Source of the DNA: Chrysochromulina tobinii | Lineage: Eukaryota | Assembly: GCA_001275005.1 (NCBI GenBank) | Contig: JWZX01002066.1 | Coordinates: forward strand, 1 to 34,806 | Direction: 5' to 3' | DNA: 34,806 nucleotides | In this document: one piece after another, positions 1 through 11,243 of the stretch | Layout of the letters: each line of letters starts with the position of its first letter | Numbering within the stretch: position 1 is the stretch's first letter | Notes under the pieces: generated by a model | What the model saw: only the letters and a program-made list of their open reading frames with translations | Databases searched by the model: none | What the model was told of the DNA's origin: nothing | Program-made: the position numbers and the translations under genes

Positions 1-1125
1 TCATGCCAGGGCAGACCGATGAAGGCTCACGCACTCCCATGCCTGAAGCCTCTCATGATCTGCACCCTGCCGCGCAGCCCTTACGCACAACAACACGACG
101 CGATGCGCTGCTGCTGCCACGCTCATGGACCACGCTACTGCTTACCGCTGCTGCCACACCACTGCTGCCACTCTGCCTCTACCGCACTACTTTGCAAAAC
201 CACTGCGTGCTGCGTGTACGCTGATGACGCCACACTGCTGCTGCCTCGCTGCTGCTACCTTGCTATCCTCGCCTCCAATTCTCCAACAAAGCAAAACAAA
301 GCAATCAACCAAGCCATACCCTCTACCTCCAAACTCCGCCCTGCCCAATCCACAGAGACTCGCCTAGAGTATAATCAGGCTCGCAACCTTCAACTTTCTG
401 TCACCGCCACCACCGCACCCGTCGCCTCCATCACCACCCCTGTCGACCTCGCCGCAAACGCCATCGCCTCCACCGCTTTCGCCTCGCCAACCAGCATACC
501 TCCTACCCGACCTCATGCCATATCTTATATACGTCACCACCTTGTAAATCCCGCAAGTATTTCCCGTATCTCGACTGTATCTCGGCGAATATCTCGCATA
601 AATCTCGCATGATTAACCAATATCGCGCCCGACATTCCTACCAAAAAAGTTTACAAGGCTGTATACCACAATCCGAACAGACTTCCATACCCAACACACC
701 CACACACCAGAACACAAAGTAACCTAACGTCACCACTCCTCCCCACAGGGGAAGAGTGGGACCACCCTCCTCTACGGGGGTGGCCACGACGTCCAACACC
801 GCCACAGCAAAAAAAAGAAACCTCCCAACCCACCCCCCGTCGGGAAAGCGGGGTTCGAGGTGTGGGTTCTTACTAAGGGGGGTCTAGTTAGTGTGCACCA
901 CAGCAGACTGTACTGTACCGTAGTACACACCCATCTCGTTCGGGTCACCTCGTTGAGGCCCTAGGGTGCGTGCGTGTATAGGTATGGTCCGGTCACCAAA
1001 AGCAAAATTTTCCTACCTACCCGAATGGAGATGTCGCCAGCAGCCGTTAAAGGGTCTAAACAAAAGGCAGTCGGCCGACGGCTCACGACATGTCGCGATA
1101 CCTTCTCGTGTACATGTACAAATTA

Positions 1126-1180
1126 ACCTACTGTGTACCTACTGTACCTTCTGTACCTACTGTACCTACTGTACTGTACC
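1126..1180. repeat. (CTACTGTAC)n-type minisatellite upstream of the RdRP
   Basis: cctactgtgtacctactgtaccttctgtacctactgtacctactgtactgtaccc; a related tract lies at ~907-925. Confidence 0.8.
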
Positions 1181-1401
1181 CTGAAGACCTTTTTACCCCC
1201 TTGTCCCAAACCCTGACTGAGTGACTGATATGACTGAGCTGACTGCCTGAACCGGGACATCAGTCGAACCCCTTTTCCAAACATTTCCGTGTGAAATTGG
1301 GTGTCGAATTCTAAACATTGGCTGTGAAACTGGCGCGGGTCGGCCGCAAATCGGCCACAAAGGGAGCGGCGGGAGCGCTAAACGGTTTCTCACGCTTCTC
1401 T

Positions 1402-4400
1402 ATGTCGGCACGCAACGCGAACGCGTGTGCTAGCAGTAGCTATGCAGCCATCTCATCGGCCGCTGGTAGCAGCAGCAGCGGCGCTGGATCGAGGCCAGGG
1501 AATCAAGCTATTTACGATGAACTGCTTGCAGATTTCCTGAGAATGGGTTTTGAGTACAACTCCATCGAGCGGGCACTTCTCACAACCAACATTAGCGACA
1601 CGGCCTATGAGTGCTCTCGCGATGCTTGTCTCGCCATGCTTCTAGGTGGCTCGGGTGAACCTTTCATGTCGAATGCCGACGAAGGTCCTGTGCAGAGCCT
1701 CATGGACCTGACAGGCTGCGACGCACGCGAAGCAGCAAGCGCGCTCGAGCGCTGCAACGCGAATGTGTCCGAGGCAGCCGAGCTGCTGTTCAGAGATCTG
1801 GAGGATCTCGAGTCCGAGCTTGCGGCCCTGCGCATCGCGGATCTTGAGACGGTGCGAGTCTCAGAGCGCGCAGAGGCCGAAGCGCGTGATGCGGCGCTGG
1901 CGGAGGAAATCGAAGCGCGAGAGCGACAAGCACTCGGAAACGGTGCCTGCTGCACCGCGCTCGCGTCAGATGCGGCGCTCGCTGCCGAGCTTGCCACGGA
2001 GATGCATGCAGAGGGAGCTGTTGCGTCAGATGCGGCGCTCGCTGCCGAGCTTGCCACGGAGATGCATGCAGAGGGAGCTGTTGCGTCGGATGCGGCGCTC
2101 GCTGCCGAACTCGAAGCGCAGATGCATGCAGAGGCGCGGCAGCATCGTGCGCATGCGGAGGCCCGCATCGCTGACGACGAGGCGCTGGCGGAGGTGTCGT
2201 GGAGGCTGTCGATGGCAACGACGGCATCGGAGGCCGTGGAGGCTGCGCTGCAAGAGCACTCGTCAGCCCTCTTTGCTGCCGAGCTTGCGGAAGTGGACGC
2301 CGAGGGCGCGGTGCGAACGGAGCGCCGTCTCGAGCAGCAAGCGGAGCAAGTCGAGGCGTGGGAGCTGTCGGTGATAAGTGCCCGCGAGGAGCGTGCTCGG
2401 CAGCTCGGTGCAGTCTCCTCCGAGTTGTCGGCGCGCCACTTGGCGTATGCGCAAGCAAGGCAGCGGTCCATCATTAACGGTTACGCTGAACGCGTCGAAG
2501 TGGCGACGCTCAAGCTGCATGCATTCATGGGCGATGACAGCCAGAGGGTGCTCGACCTGAGTCGTTTGAGTGCACCTGGGCGGGCCCGCATCGAGGCGCT
2601 CGCTGCAGAGCTGTCCTCGGCGTCGTCAATGCGGCTCCAATGCACTGTCGATCACAGCGGTCCCGATCCCGTCTTGCGCATTCGCAAACGGACTCGACCA
2701 CCGGGCACAGCCTTGCCAGCTGCGACGCCAGCCAAACCGCCGGCCGCACCGCCAGCAGCCGACAGACTGGCAGCGTCCGGTGAGTCGCTCCATCTGCCGT
2801 ACAACAGCCATGTGAGCAGTGCCGGCTACACCAGCAACTTGCGTGTGGTGGGCGCCAGCAATGCGTCGCCCAAGTCTCTGGCTGCTGCTTCTGCTGAGAC
2901 AGAGCCGTCGTCACAGAGCTGCGCTCAGAGCACCGCGGCAGCGCCGCAGCCGCAACATCAACAGCCACGCCCACCAGCTCCGCCGTATGGCGACGTGCCG
3001 CTCGGCGTCTGGTGCGCGCTGCACGAGCTGCCGTTTCGTGTCAAGTACGAGGTCGAGGTACTTGTGGGGCTCAAGAAGATGGTGCGATGGGCGCTGCTCC
3101 CCGAGGCGTTTGTGCATGAGCTGCTCAAGTGCGTCGCCGAGGATGGCGAGGCCGTGTGCGTCTCGGTGCTGCGCAAGATGCAGGCAGAGCCCCTGCAGCC
3201 CGTGCTCGACTGGTTCCGGTCAGCGCGAGAGAGCTGCAGTACGCTACGATACGTGAACTTCTCTCCAGGGGTGCTTCATCAGCGCCCTTTGTGGAGCACG
3301 CTGCGCTCCGTCGAGGTACTACGGGCGGTCCATTGCTGTCCTAGTGGCAGGACAATTGCCCGCCCGGCCGAGTATCAGTCGTCCAACCGCGTGCTGCGGC
3401 TTGTCGGAGACCTCTATGGGACGGACCATTTGCTACGTGTCTCCTTCGTCAACGACGGTGTGCACACGCCCATCACGCTTCGCGGCTTGCACTGGGGGGG
3501 CGGTGAGGCGACGCCTGCGGCGGCGCGCGCCACAATCGCACGCTGCTGGCGCGAACGGCGGCTCGCGAGACGCGGCGGTTCGCAAAGTGTGGCGGCACGC
3601 AGCAGTGATCTCGACACGGTGCAGCGCCCACATTCCACGTTCCACGTACCACATTCCAAGTGGGAAGCTGTGAGTAGCGCGCTGCGTGACGGGCTGTGTG
3701 TCGGCGGCGAGCTTTTCCGATGGCTTGCGCCTTCCGCCTCCCAGATGAAGAAGGGAGGCATGTGGTTCGTGCGCGAGTCCGAGCTGAATGCCGCCCTGCT
3801 TCGTCGCTGCTTGGGCGACTTTAGCAAGCTCGCGACCCCGGCTCTCTATCTGGCGCGACTCGGCCAATGCCTTTCGTCGACGTATGTGTCGACGACGATA
3901 CAGCAGGAGGAGGCTTGGGACATGGAGGAGGTAGAGGACGTTGTGAGTGAGTCGGGCGAGATCTTCTCTGACGGCGCTGGATTCTGCTCATACAAGCTCC
4001 TTCAACTGCTCTTCGACTCACTGCACCGCCCGCCTCCCCAGAGCAGCGATCCGCCCCACCTTCAAACCCTCCTTGAGCGGCCGGGGAGTCGCCTACCATA
4101 CTCTGCGGTACAGGTGCGCTGCGGAGGCCGAAAGGGGGTGGTGGCCCTCCGGATGGGCACCGAGGGACGTGTCTTGTACACGCGGCCCTCGATGCACAAG
4201 TTTGATGCGAGCATTCGCGAGCTCGAGGTTTGTGAGTGGGCCACGTGGCACGCGGGCTACCTCAATCGGCCGCTCGTTGCGCTGCTCGAGCACCGCGGCG
4301 TGCCGTATGCTGTGCTGGAGCGCTACCAGAGCCAGTACCTCCGCGAGCTTAGTCAGTGCCTGACGAGCCAGCATCACGCCGAGCGGCTGCTTTCGAGCCT

Positions 4401-6198
4401 TGTTGGACTCATCGTCAAGGGCGGCGAAGCTGGTGTCGATGGCGTCGATGGCAGCGACGGTGACGCCTGCGGTGGACCACTTGGCACGGCACTGACGCTT
4501 TTGCGGCATGGTGTGCCCCTCGAGGAGCCGTTCGTGGCCGGCCTCTTGCGGTGCATCCGCGCTTCGCTAGTGCGTGGCGTCGTCGACAAGGCGCGCGTGC
4601 TCGTGCCGGAGGCGGCGACGCTGATAGGGGTGATGGACGAGGAGGGGGTGCTTGAGTACGGTGAGGTCTTTTTGCAAGTCCAGCCGCCGGATGCCCCCGA
4701 CGATGCGGGGCCACAGGTGATAGAGCAGAATGTCGCCGTCTACCGCAGCCCTGGCAAGCACCCAGGTGATGTACTTGTGCTTCGGGCAGTGCATCATCCA
4801 GCGCTCTGCCATCTGATCAACGTTGTCGTCTTCCCGCGCGTTGGGCCGCGCCCCCATCCTTCGGAGCTCAGTAGTGGCGACCTCGATGGCGACAAGTATT
4901 TAGTCATCTGGGCGCCGTCCATTGTCGACAGCATGCAACCAGCGCCTCCCGTGCCGCCGACTGCAGACCTGTGCCACCGACCGGCGCATAAGCAGCCCAC
5001 AGCAAAGCCAGCTTATAAGCAGCCCACAGCAAAGGCCTTTGCACGCCGCATGCCCCCACTGCCGCCACCGCCACCTTCCGAGCATGCGCTCCTCCAGCAA
5101 GTGGCACAGTGGGAGGTGGCCAAGGCATCGAAGCCACAGCCTGCCACCTTGGGTGACTTTTTGGCTCGAAGCGCACCACGACGGCGCGGCTTGAGCGAGG
5201 GCGAGATGGCCTCTCACGGCAAGATCCTCGAGGCAGCTCGCGAGGCACGAGCCGAGGAGCGCAGACAGCGCTTCCAGATCGAATTGATGCGTCGCATAGG
5301 CGTGGCGGAGGACGCGAGCGCCGTTGCGAGCGCCGTGCACCAGCAGCGGCTGGAGCGCGCGGCCATCCGCTGGTACATCTTCTTTGGCCAGCGCAATAAC
5401 GTCGGGACCATCTCCAACACATGGCTCGTGTACGCCGACCGCTGCGGAGTCGATCATCCGGAGACGCTTGAGCTCTGCCGGTTGGCGCAACTCGCCGTGC
5501 AGTTCGTCAAGACGGGCGAGCCGGTCGAGCTCGACCCGAGGCGCTTCCCCCCTCACGCTGCGCGCCCAGACTTCATGGCGCCCTCGCACACCGGCAGCGG
5601 TGAGGGTGAAGGACGGTATGTGTCTCAGCGCGCGCTCGGCAAGCTGCATCGAGCCGCTGTCGAGGCGACCACCGCAGAGGCCACACCCGCAGCTGCCGCC
5701 GATGCATTGGTCGCCTCTTCCCTCCTTGCCCAGCAGCTTCATGCCGCTGGCTTTGAGGTGCACCTGCCCGCGGCGAGGGCAGCACGCGACGCGTACAATG
5801 AAGAGGTTGCGTGGCACCTCGCAATGTACGGTGTAGCGACGGAGGCAGAGCTCCTTAGCGGGCGAGTGGTCGCATTCGAGCACGATTGGGTGGCGACCGA
5901 TGACTCCCAGGAGGCCGAAGAGGCACTACGCCGCTCCATCCACGCGCTGTGGGCCTGGGCGCGCCGGCGATTCCGCGTGGACGTGGAGGCGGCAGTGAGC
6001 GCTGCTCTACCAGCAGACGATGAGAGTGGTGGCGGCGGCACCGGCGAGAGCACCGCGACCCTGAGGCAACGCATGACACGACAAGTGGCATATGCGTGGT
6101 ATTCAGCGGGGAAATGGCTCGGGGAGGAGCCACCCATCAATGATCGCCTCGCGCTGCATTCGTTTGCGTGGGTCGCGTGGCCGTTGCCATATCTATAA
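1402..6198 (+). CDS. Cellular (RNAi-type) RNA-dependent RNA polymerase, ~1598 aa, with N-terminal UBA-like x2, MIU-like repeats and an R3H-like domain
   Basis: Uninterrupted ORF, first ATG at 1402. RdRP motifs in the expected order: SNRVLR, SASQMK, ARLGQCLSST, FSDGAG, QVRCGGRKG, RPSMHKF, LIGVMDEEGVLEYGEVF, RSPGKHPGD, VVVFP, SSGDLDGDKY (DLDGD at 4879-4893), then VGTISN and PDFM. Confidence 0.93.
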   Translation: MSARNANACASSSYAAISSAAGSSSSGAGSRPGNQAIYDELLADFLRMGFEYNSIERALLTTNISDTAYECSRDACLAMLLGGSGEPFMSNADEGPVQSLMDLTGCDAREAASALERCNANVSEAAELLFRDLEDLESELAALRIADLETVRVSERAEAEARDAALAEEIEARERQALGNGACCTALASDAALAAELATEMHAEGAVASDAALAAELATEMHAEGAVASDAALAAELEAQMHAEARQHRAHAEARIADDEALAEVSWRLSMATTASEAVEAALQEHSSALFAAELAEVDAEGAVRTERRLEQQAEQVEAWELSVISAREERARQLGAVSSELSARHLAYAQARQRSIINGYAERVEVATLKLHAFMGDDSQRVLDLSRLSAPGRARIEALAAELSSASSMRLQCTVDHSGPDPVLRIRKRTRPPGTALPAATPAKPPAAPPAADRLAASGESLHLPYNSHVSSAGYTSNLRVVGASNASPKSLAAASAETEPSSQSCAQSTAAAPQPQHQQPRPPAPPYGDVPLGVWCALHELPFRVKYEVEVLVGLKKMVRWALLPEAFVHELLKCVAEDGEAVCVSVLRKMQAEPLQPVLDWFRSARESCSTLRYVNFSPGVLHQRPLWSTLRSVEVLRAVHCCPSGRTIARPAEYQSSNRVLRLVGDLYGTDHLLRVSFVNDGVHTPITLRGLHWGGGEATPAAARATIARCWRERRLARRGGSQSVAARSSDLDTVQRPHSTFHVPHSKWEAVSSALRDGLCVGGELFRWLAPSASQMKKGGMWFVRESELNAALLRRCLGDFSKLATPALYLARLGQCLSSTYVSTTIQQEEAWDMEEVEDVVSESGEIFSDGAGFCSYKLLQLLFDSLHRPPPQSSDPPHLQTLLERPGSRLPYSAVQVRCGGRKGVVALRMGTEGRVLYTRPSMHKFDASIRELEVCEWATWHAGYLNRPLVALLEHRGVPYAVLERYQSQYLRELSQCLTSQHHAERLLSSLVGLIVKGGEAGVDGVDGSDGDACGGPLGTALTLLRHGVPLEEPFVAGLLRCIRASLVRGVVDKARVLVPEAATLIGVMDEEGVLEYGEVFLQVQPPDAPDDAGPQVIEQNVAVYRSPGKHPGDVLVLRAVHHPALCHLINVVVFPRVGPRPHPSELSSGDLDGDKYLVIWAPSIVDSMQPAPPVPPTADLCHRPAHKQPTAKPAYKQPTAKAFARRMPPLPPPPPSEHALLQQVAQWEVAKASKPQPATLGDFLARSAPRRRGLSEGEMASHGKILEAAREARAEERRQRFQIELMRRIGVAEDASAVASAVHQQRLERAAIRWYIFFGQRNNVGTISNTWLVYADRCGVDHPETLELCRLAQLAVQFVKTGEPVELDPRRFPPHAARPDFMAPSHTGSGEGEGRYVSQRALGKLHRAAVEATTAEATPAAAADALVASSLLAQQLHAAGFEVHLPAARAARDAYNEEVAWHLAMYGVATEAELLSGRVVAFEHDWVATDDSQEAEEALRRSIHALWAWARRRFRVDVEAAVSAALPADDESGGGGTGESTATLRQRMTRQVAYAWYSAGKWLGEEPPINDRLALHSFAWVAWPLPYL
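1963..2132 (+). repeat. 60-nt coding tandem repeat, ~3 copies (ASDAALAAELATEMHAEGAV)
   Basis: Sequence from 1981 and from 2041 is near-identical; the third copy diverges. Confidence 0.95.
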
Positions 6199-6420
6199 CA
6201 ACGGTCTACTGGCATGATGCAAAGTGAAACGACCCGCAGCGCGATGAGGCTGACGTTCACAACCTTGATTCCGACGAATCGAAGTGATTTCGCGCGACTT
6301 CGCGACTTGTCTGCGAGTCTGACATAAATCTGCAGAAAATAAATCTGCAGAATAGCGTACAAAATAGAGAAGAACAGAATAACCTACTCGTACTTAAAAT
6401 TGGACGCGCGATCGTCGCGA

Positions 6421-8626
6421 TTACCAGGTACGCGCTATCTCATCGTGATATGATGCCAGATATGTTGCTTGACTCGCTCTTTCATTCGTTCCGGCGCCGC
6501 TCCCGTCTTGCTCGTCCATGAGCACATCATAGGAAAAGGCGCGGCGGTCAGCGCCGTGCGGCGGGTCGGCTTCGGCACCGCTCCCGCCTTGCTCTTCCAC
6601 CAAGACGTCAAAGTGCGGATCATACAGGCGCTCAAAGGGCGGCATGTCGGGGTGGTCGCAGCAGCGGCAAGCCAGGCAGGTGACGAGGGCGCGCGTGCTC
6701 TGTGCGGGGCAGAGGACGAATAGCAACGAAATGAGCGTAGCGCTCACGAGCATGAGCACCAACGGCAGCCGCTGGGCGGTCTGTTGGACGTCGAGGATCG
6801 CGTGTGCTTTGTCGGCGCTTCCGTAGTAGTTCCACATGATGTCGGCATCGTGCGCGAGGGTCGACAGCTGCTCTGCGGTGCGCACGCCAACCCCCGAAAG
6901 GCGCTCCAGAAGGGTCGGCGGCGACGAGGGTGAGGGCGGCGGCGATGGCGGGTCGGGCGGCGGTCTTGGAGGGGAAGGCGGCGTGGGGGGTGGCGAAGGC
7001 GGAGCGCGTGGCAAGGGCGGTACGGACGGCGGTGGCGAGGGCGGCGGTGATGGAGGTGGCGAGGGTGAGGGAGGAGGCGGCACCGATGGCGAAGGCGGTG
7101 CGGGCGGTGGTGGAGAGGGAGGTGAGGACGGCGGCGTCATGGGAGGTGGCGGCGAGGGCAAAGGCGGTGGGTGTGCGGGCGGAGGCGGCACCGATGGCGA
7201 AGGCGGTACGGGCGGTGGAGGGGAGGGCGGCGAGGACGGCGGCTGCAAGGGCGGTGGTGGCGACGGCGAGGGAGGTGGCGGCATGAACGGCAGGGGAGGC
7301 GAGGGCGGCAGCGGAGGGACAGCGGGGGGCGGTGGTGATGGGCCGGGCGAGGGTGGCGTGGGTGGCGGCGACGGTGGCGTCGGCGGGCTCGGACAGGGGG
7401 ATAGCGGCTGAGGCGGTAGCTGCGGCGGCAAAGACGGTAAGGGCGGCGGCGGCGGCGGCAGCGAGGGTGGATGCGAGGGCGGTGGCGGCGGCGGAGGTGA
7501 GGGCGGCAGAGATGGAGGTGGCGAGGGTGAGGGAGGAGGCGGAGGTGAAGGAGGCAAGTACGGCGAGGGTGGCGGCGACGAGGGGGGCAACGGGGGAGGT
7601 GGCGAGCAGGGCGGCGACGACGGAGATGGAGGTGATGGCGGTGGTGGCGATGGTGGTGGATGCGGCGGCAACGGCGGTGGCGACATTGGCGGTGGTGGCG
7701 ACGGTGGTGGTGGCGATGGTGGTGGCGGTGACGGTGTTGGCAGAGACGGCGGTGGAGGTGATGGCAGCGGTGGCGAAGGTGGTGGTGATCGAGGCGAGGG
7801 TGGCGGCGGTGGCGGCGGGTGCCAGGGCGGTCGCGGCGGCGGTGGCGGCATCTGAGGTGCAGGTGCCACCGGTGGTGGAGGCAGGGCTGGGGGCGGCACA
7901 GGCGGCGCGGGCGGCTGCACCCAGAAGCTGCCCACGGAACGCAGCTCGGAGACTCCCAGATAGGCGGCAGAGATCATGAGAAGCCCACCCGCGCCGGTCC
8001 CAAGTCGCCAGCACGAGTGCGCCGGTCGCGACGAGGTGCCGGCCGTCGATGGCACGCCCACGGGATCGCCTTCGGTGGACGCAGCCGCCGCTGCAGCAGC
8101 TGTCAATGGCAGGGGCGGCGGAGGCGCCGCCGGCCTTCGCCGCCCGCCTCCTCGCCCTACCGCCCCCTCCTCTTCCTCCTCAAACAGCCTCCGGAGCGGC
8201 GACGGCGTCACCGCGGCGCGCTCGACCGCGGCCGCTGACGCCGGCTTCAAGCCGGAGGTCTCGCCAAAGACGAAGCCAGCGGCCTCGCCAGAGGCAAAGC
8301 TGGAAGTCATGCCAGAGGCAAAGCCGGAGGCACCTTCTCCAATGGCGCCGTCACGGGCAACTGCTCCAAGGGCGCTTTCACGGGCAACTTCTCCGATGGC
8401 GCCGTCCTGGGCAACTGCTCGGCGCTCGCTCTCGCATGGCGCCGTCTCGGGCGGGCCGAGCAGCGCGCTGGTTCGAGGGGCGATGGCACTGTCAGGGCTG
8501 CTGTCGGCCGGACGCAATGCTGTCCGCGAGAGCCACGCGAGCGAGTCCGCACCTTCGTCCACATCATATCGGTGCTCCTCCGCCGACGCTCGCCTGGCGA
8601 GTGGACGGACGATCGGTGCGGACGGC

Positions 8627-8681
<55 letters not shown>

Positions 8682-9519
8682 CGCGAGCGCCTAGAGGAGG
8701 TGGTCCGCGTCGCGCGAGCGCTCGCGCGTCGCGCATCGTCTCGAGCTTGAGCGCGACCGTCTGCGCCTCATGCACGCTCAGCGTACTGCCCGCCTCGCTC
8801 AGGAGCAGCTCGTAGATCGCCTCGGCCGCATACGAGGTAGGGTCGAGCTTCACGCGTAGATTCGCGGCCGAGAGCAGGTCCACCGGATCTCGCGAGACGG
8901 CGAAGCATGCGTCGAAGTACTGGAGCGCCGCATCCAAATCGCCCTCTTCATATGCTGCGTGAGCGCACCGACGCATCAGCCGCACAAACGTGTCGCGGTC
9001 GCTCAGCCCCCGAGCGGAGAGGCGCGGCAGCGGCGATATGAGCTGGCCGACCTCGTCTTGCAGTTGGCCCAGCCCCAGGCGCACGCCGGTGCGGCTCGCA
9101 GATTGGACTGCTCGGGTGCGCTCCTCACAGCGCGCCCGGGCTTCGGCAAGTTTGCGGCTGATCAGCTCACGATGAGCATCGGTCAACGAGGAGACGCCAG
9201 CCGTGCGGCCTTGGAGAAGCTCGGAGTAGATCGTGGCAGCTACTGAGCACTGGCCTGCATTGAGGCGCATATTCACGGACGAGATCAGCATGGCCACGTC
9301 TTCCTTGGTGTTGTAAGCGCTCTCAAAGAAGGCGTGTGCGAGCCAGTGCCGCTCTTCAATGTTTGCGAACCGGCCCAAGTCAGAGCACCATTGATGAACG
9401 AGATCGCGCTCCGCAGCTCGCAGCCTGGGCGGGCCAAGGCGTGAGCGAGGCCTAAGTTGCTTTACAACAGCGGCATGCTCGGCCGAAATTTGCCATTTCC
9501 AAGACGGCTCGCAACGCAT
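6421..9519 (-). CDS. Membrane protein with two N-terminal TPR-like helical repeats, a poly-Gly linker and a long extensin-like (SPPP)n rod between two hydrophobic segments
   Basis: Single ORF, first ATG at 9519. Paired repeats AHAFFESAY...LISSVNMRL...AATIYSELL and LQYFDACF...LLSAANLRV...AEAIYELLL. Hydrophobic segments GLLMISAAYLGV and LPLVLMLVSATLISLLFVLC. Pro/Ser tract ~6910-7915. Confidence 0.75.
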
Positions 9520-9729
9520 GACCTCACTTGTCGCCACCGCGACGAAGTGGACGGTCAGCAGTCGGGTAGCCCGGTAGCATAAGGTCGGCCGAACACAGGC
9601 GATCGAGACGGCGTTTTTTCATGTTAATACACACAACACGTACAAAGCCGTTTTTTCACAGACTCCAACACGTTCACACATCAAATTATTCACAGCCAAT
9701 TATCGACCATTCACGCCCGGGTCTGTGTC

Positions 9730-9754
9730 TCAAGTCAAGTCAAGTCCAGTCAAG
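9730..9754. repeat. (TCAAG)n microsatellite in a divergent intergenic region
   Basis: tcaagtcaagtcaagtccagtcaag. Confidence 0.85.
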
Positions 9755-9929
9755 ACATGAGGCGACGCACCCAATTTCGTCGGGGGAAACGCAGAACTGG
9801 AAATGGACTGCGAACACAGAACAGATGGGGTTTTCGTGCCCCGGAGATGAATTGCGAAAGTCATCATCACGACAAGTTTCGTCGTGACCTCGGGCGAGTT
9901 GGCGATAGTTGGCGCGCAACACGGCCGAA

Positions 9930-10811
9930 ATGCTTCTGGCGGCTCTTGCCGACAAGGCAGCCGCCATTCTCACCGATCAGCGCGCGGCATTCCTGCGCAG
10001 GCAGGATGCTAACGTCGAGGCGGCAATTGAGCAGGCTCGACCCGTGCGGCGCGAGAAACGACTCGCGGCCATCCTCGGCAACTTTACGCTTGCACGTGAC
10101 CCACGCATCGGCCCCAAGTACCAAATTGAAGTGGTGCCACTCGCGCTGTGGCGACCCGCCGCGTTGTGCGACGGCGATGACGACGAACACGCCGAGCCCA
10201 TGCACGTGCCAACCCAGGTCGTCGAGGCCGAGCTGGCCGAGCAGCGCCGCTCCGAGAAGGGCAGCGAGCTCACACAGGACGAGGCCGAGTTTGTGGACTC
10301 GCGCTTCTACCGCGCCAAGACGGACGCCGCGCCGGCGCCCTCGGCAGCTCCGTTGCCTCCTGACCCGCTGGCCGCGGCGGCTGATATGTCTACTGACCCG
10401 CTGGCCGAGGCGGCGTTGCAGTGGGAGGCGCAGGCTGCCAGGCTGGTGGCCACTGCACAAGCGACAGCCCTCGCGGGCCGCGCGCGCGCACTCGACGAGT
10501 GGACGCGGCACGCGCGCGCTCGACTGCGCGTCAGGCTGCTCACTGCTTTTGTGAGCGCGGCGGTGCACGGCTACGCTGACGTGGCGGCCGTTGAGCGATG
10601 CTATTCGCAGGCGCAACACTTTGCGAGCGTAGTGGAACGTCTGTGCTGGGTGGAAGCTGTGGAAGCTGTGGAAGCTGTGGAAGCTGTAGAAGCTGTGGAA
10701 GCTCAGGCGGCGGCGCAGGCGAGCGGAGTGCCAGGGGCAGGCGCCGCAGAGGCCGACCCGATGGCCACCGACGCGAGCTTGGCGGAGGAGGCCGGGAAGG
10801 ACGGGGCCGAG

Positions 10812-10864
<53 letters not shown>

Positions 10865-11187
10865 CGCGGCCGTGTTTGGCAGGTACGCGCGCCGCCTCTT
10901 TCGTCAGATTTTGGCCGTCGAGGGCTCGAATCAGCAAATGTTGCTCGCTGCCCAAACTGCGGCGGCCGAAGGAGCGCCTAGCATTGTGGCGGCGGCGGCG
11001 ACCGTAGCGGCGCCGACAGCGGGGGACGACGTTGGCGCCCACCACGGTGCCTCTCCGGCCGCTGAGGGAACCCCCATCCCCGCTGCTGCGGCGGCGGCGG
11101 CCGCGTCGGTGCGGATGCCGTCATTGCCTGCGCCCGCAGCGCCGTGCGTCATACCTGATAGCCTCGACGGCATCGATCAGCCCATCC

Positions 11188-11243
<56 letters not shown>

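Noticed and set aside
1..833. Short overlapping ORFs and C-rich low-complexity sequence at the window start
   Set aside because: No recognisable motifs or consistent frame; could be UTR or TE debris but cannot be supported.
828..890. Weak hairpin followed by CTAG (Helitron-like 3' end) and a 12-mer GGGTTCTTACTA shared in reverse with 32126-32137
   Set aside because: The stem is imperfect, no 5' end is visible, and chance 12-mer matches are expected in 35 kb.
3503..3660. Possible intron within the RdRP (gtgagg...ccaag)
   Set aside because: 158 nt would shift the frame, and the ORF reads through without a stop; not called without RNA data.
1402..6198. Viral origin of the RdRP
   Set aside because: DLDGD double-psi-barrel motifs mark the cellular RNAi family, not a GDD palm polymerase; no viral genes nearby.
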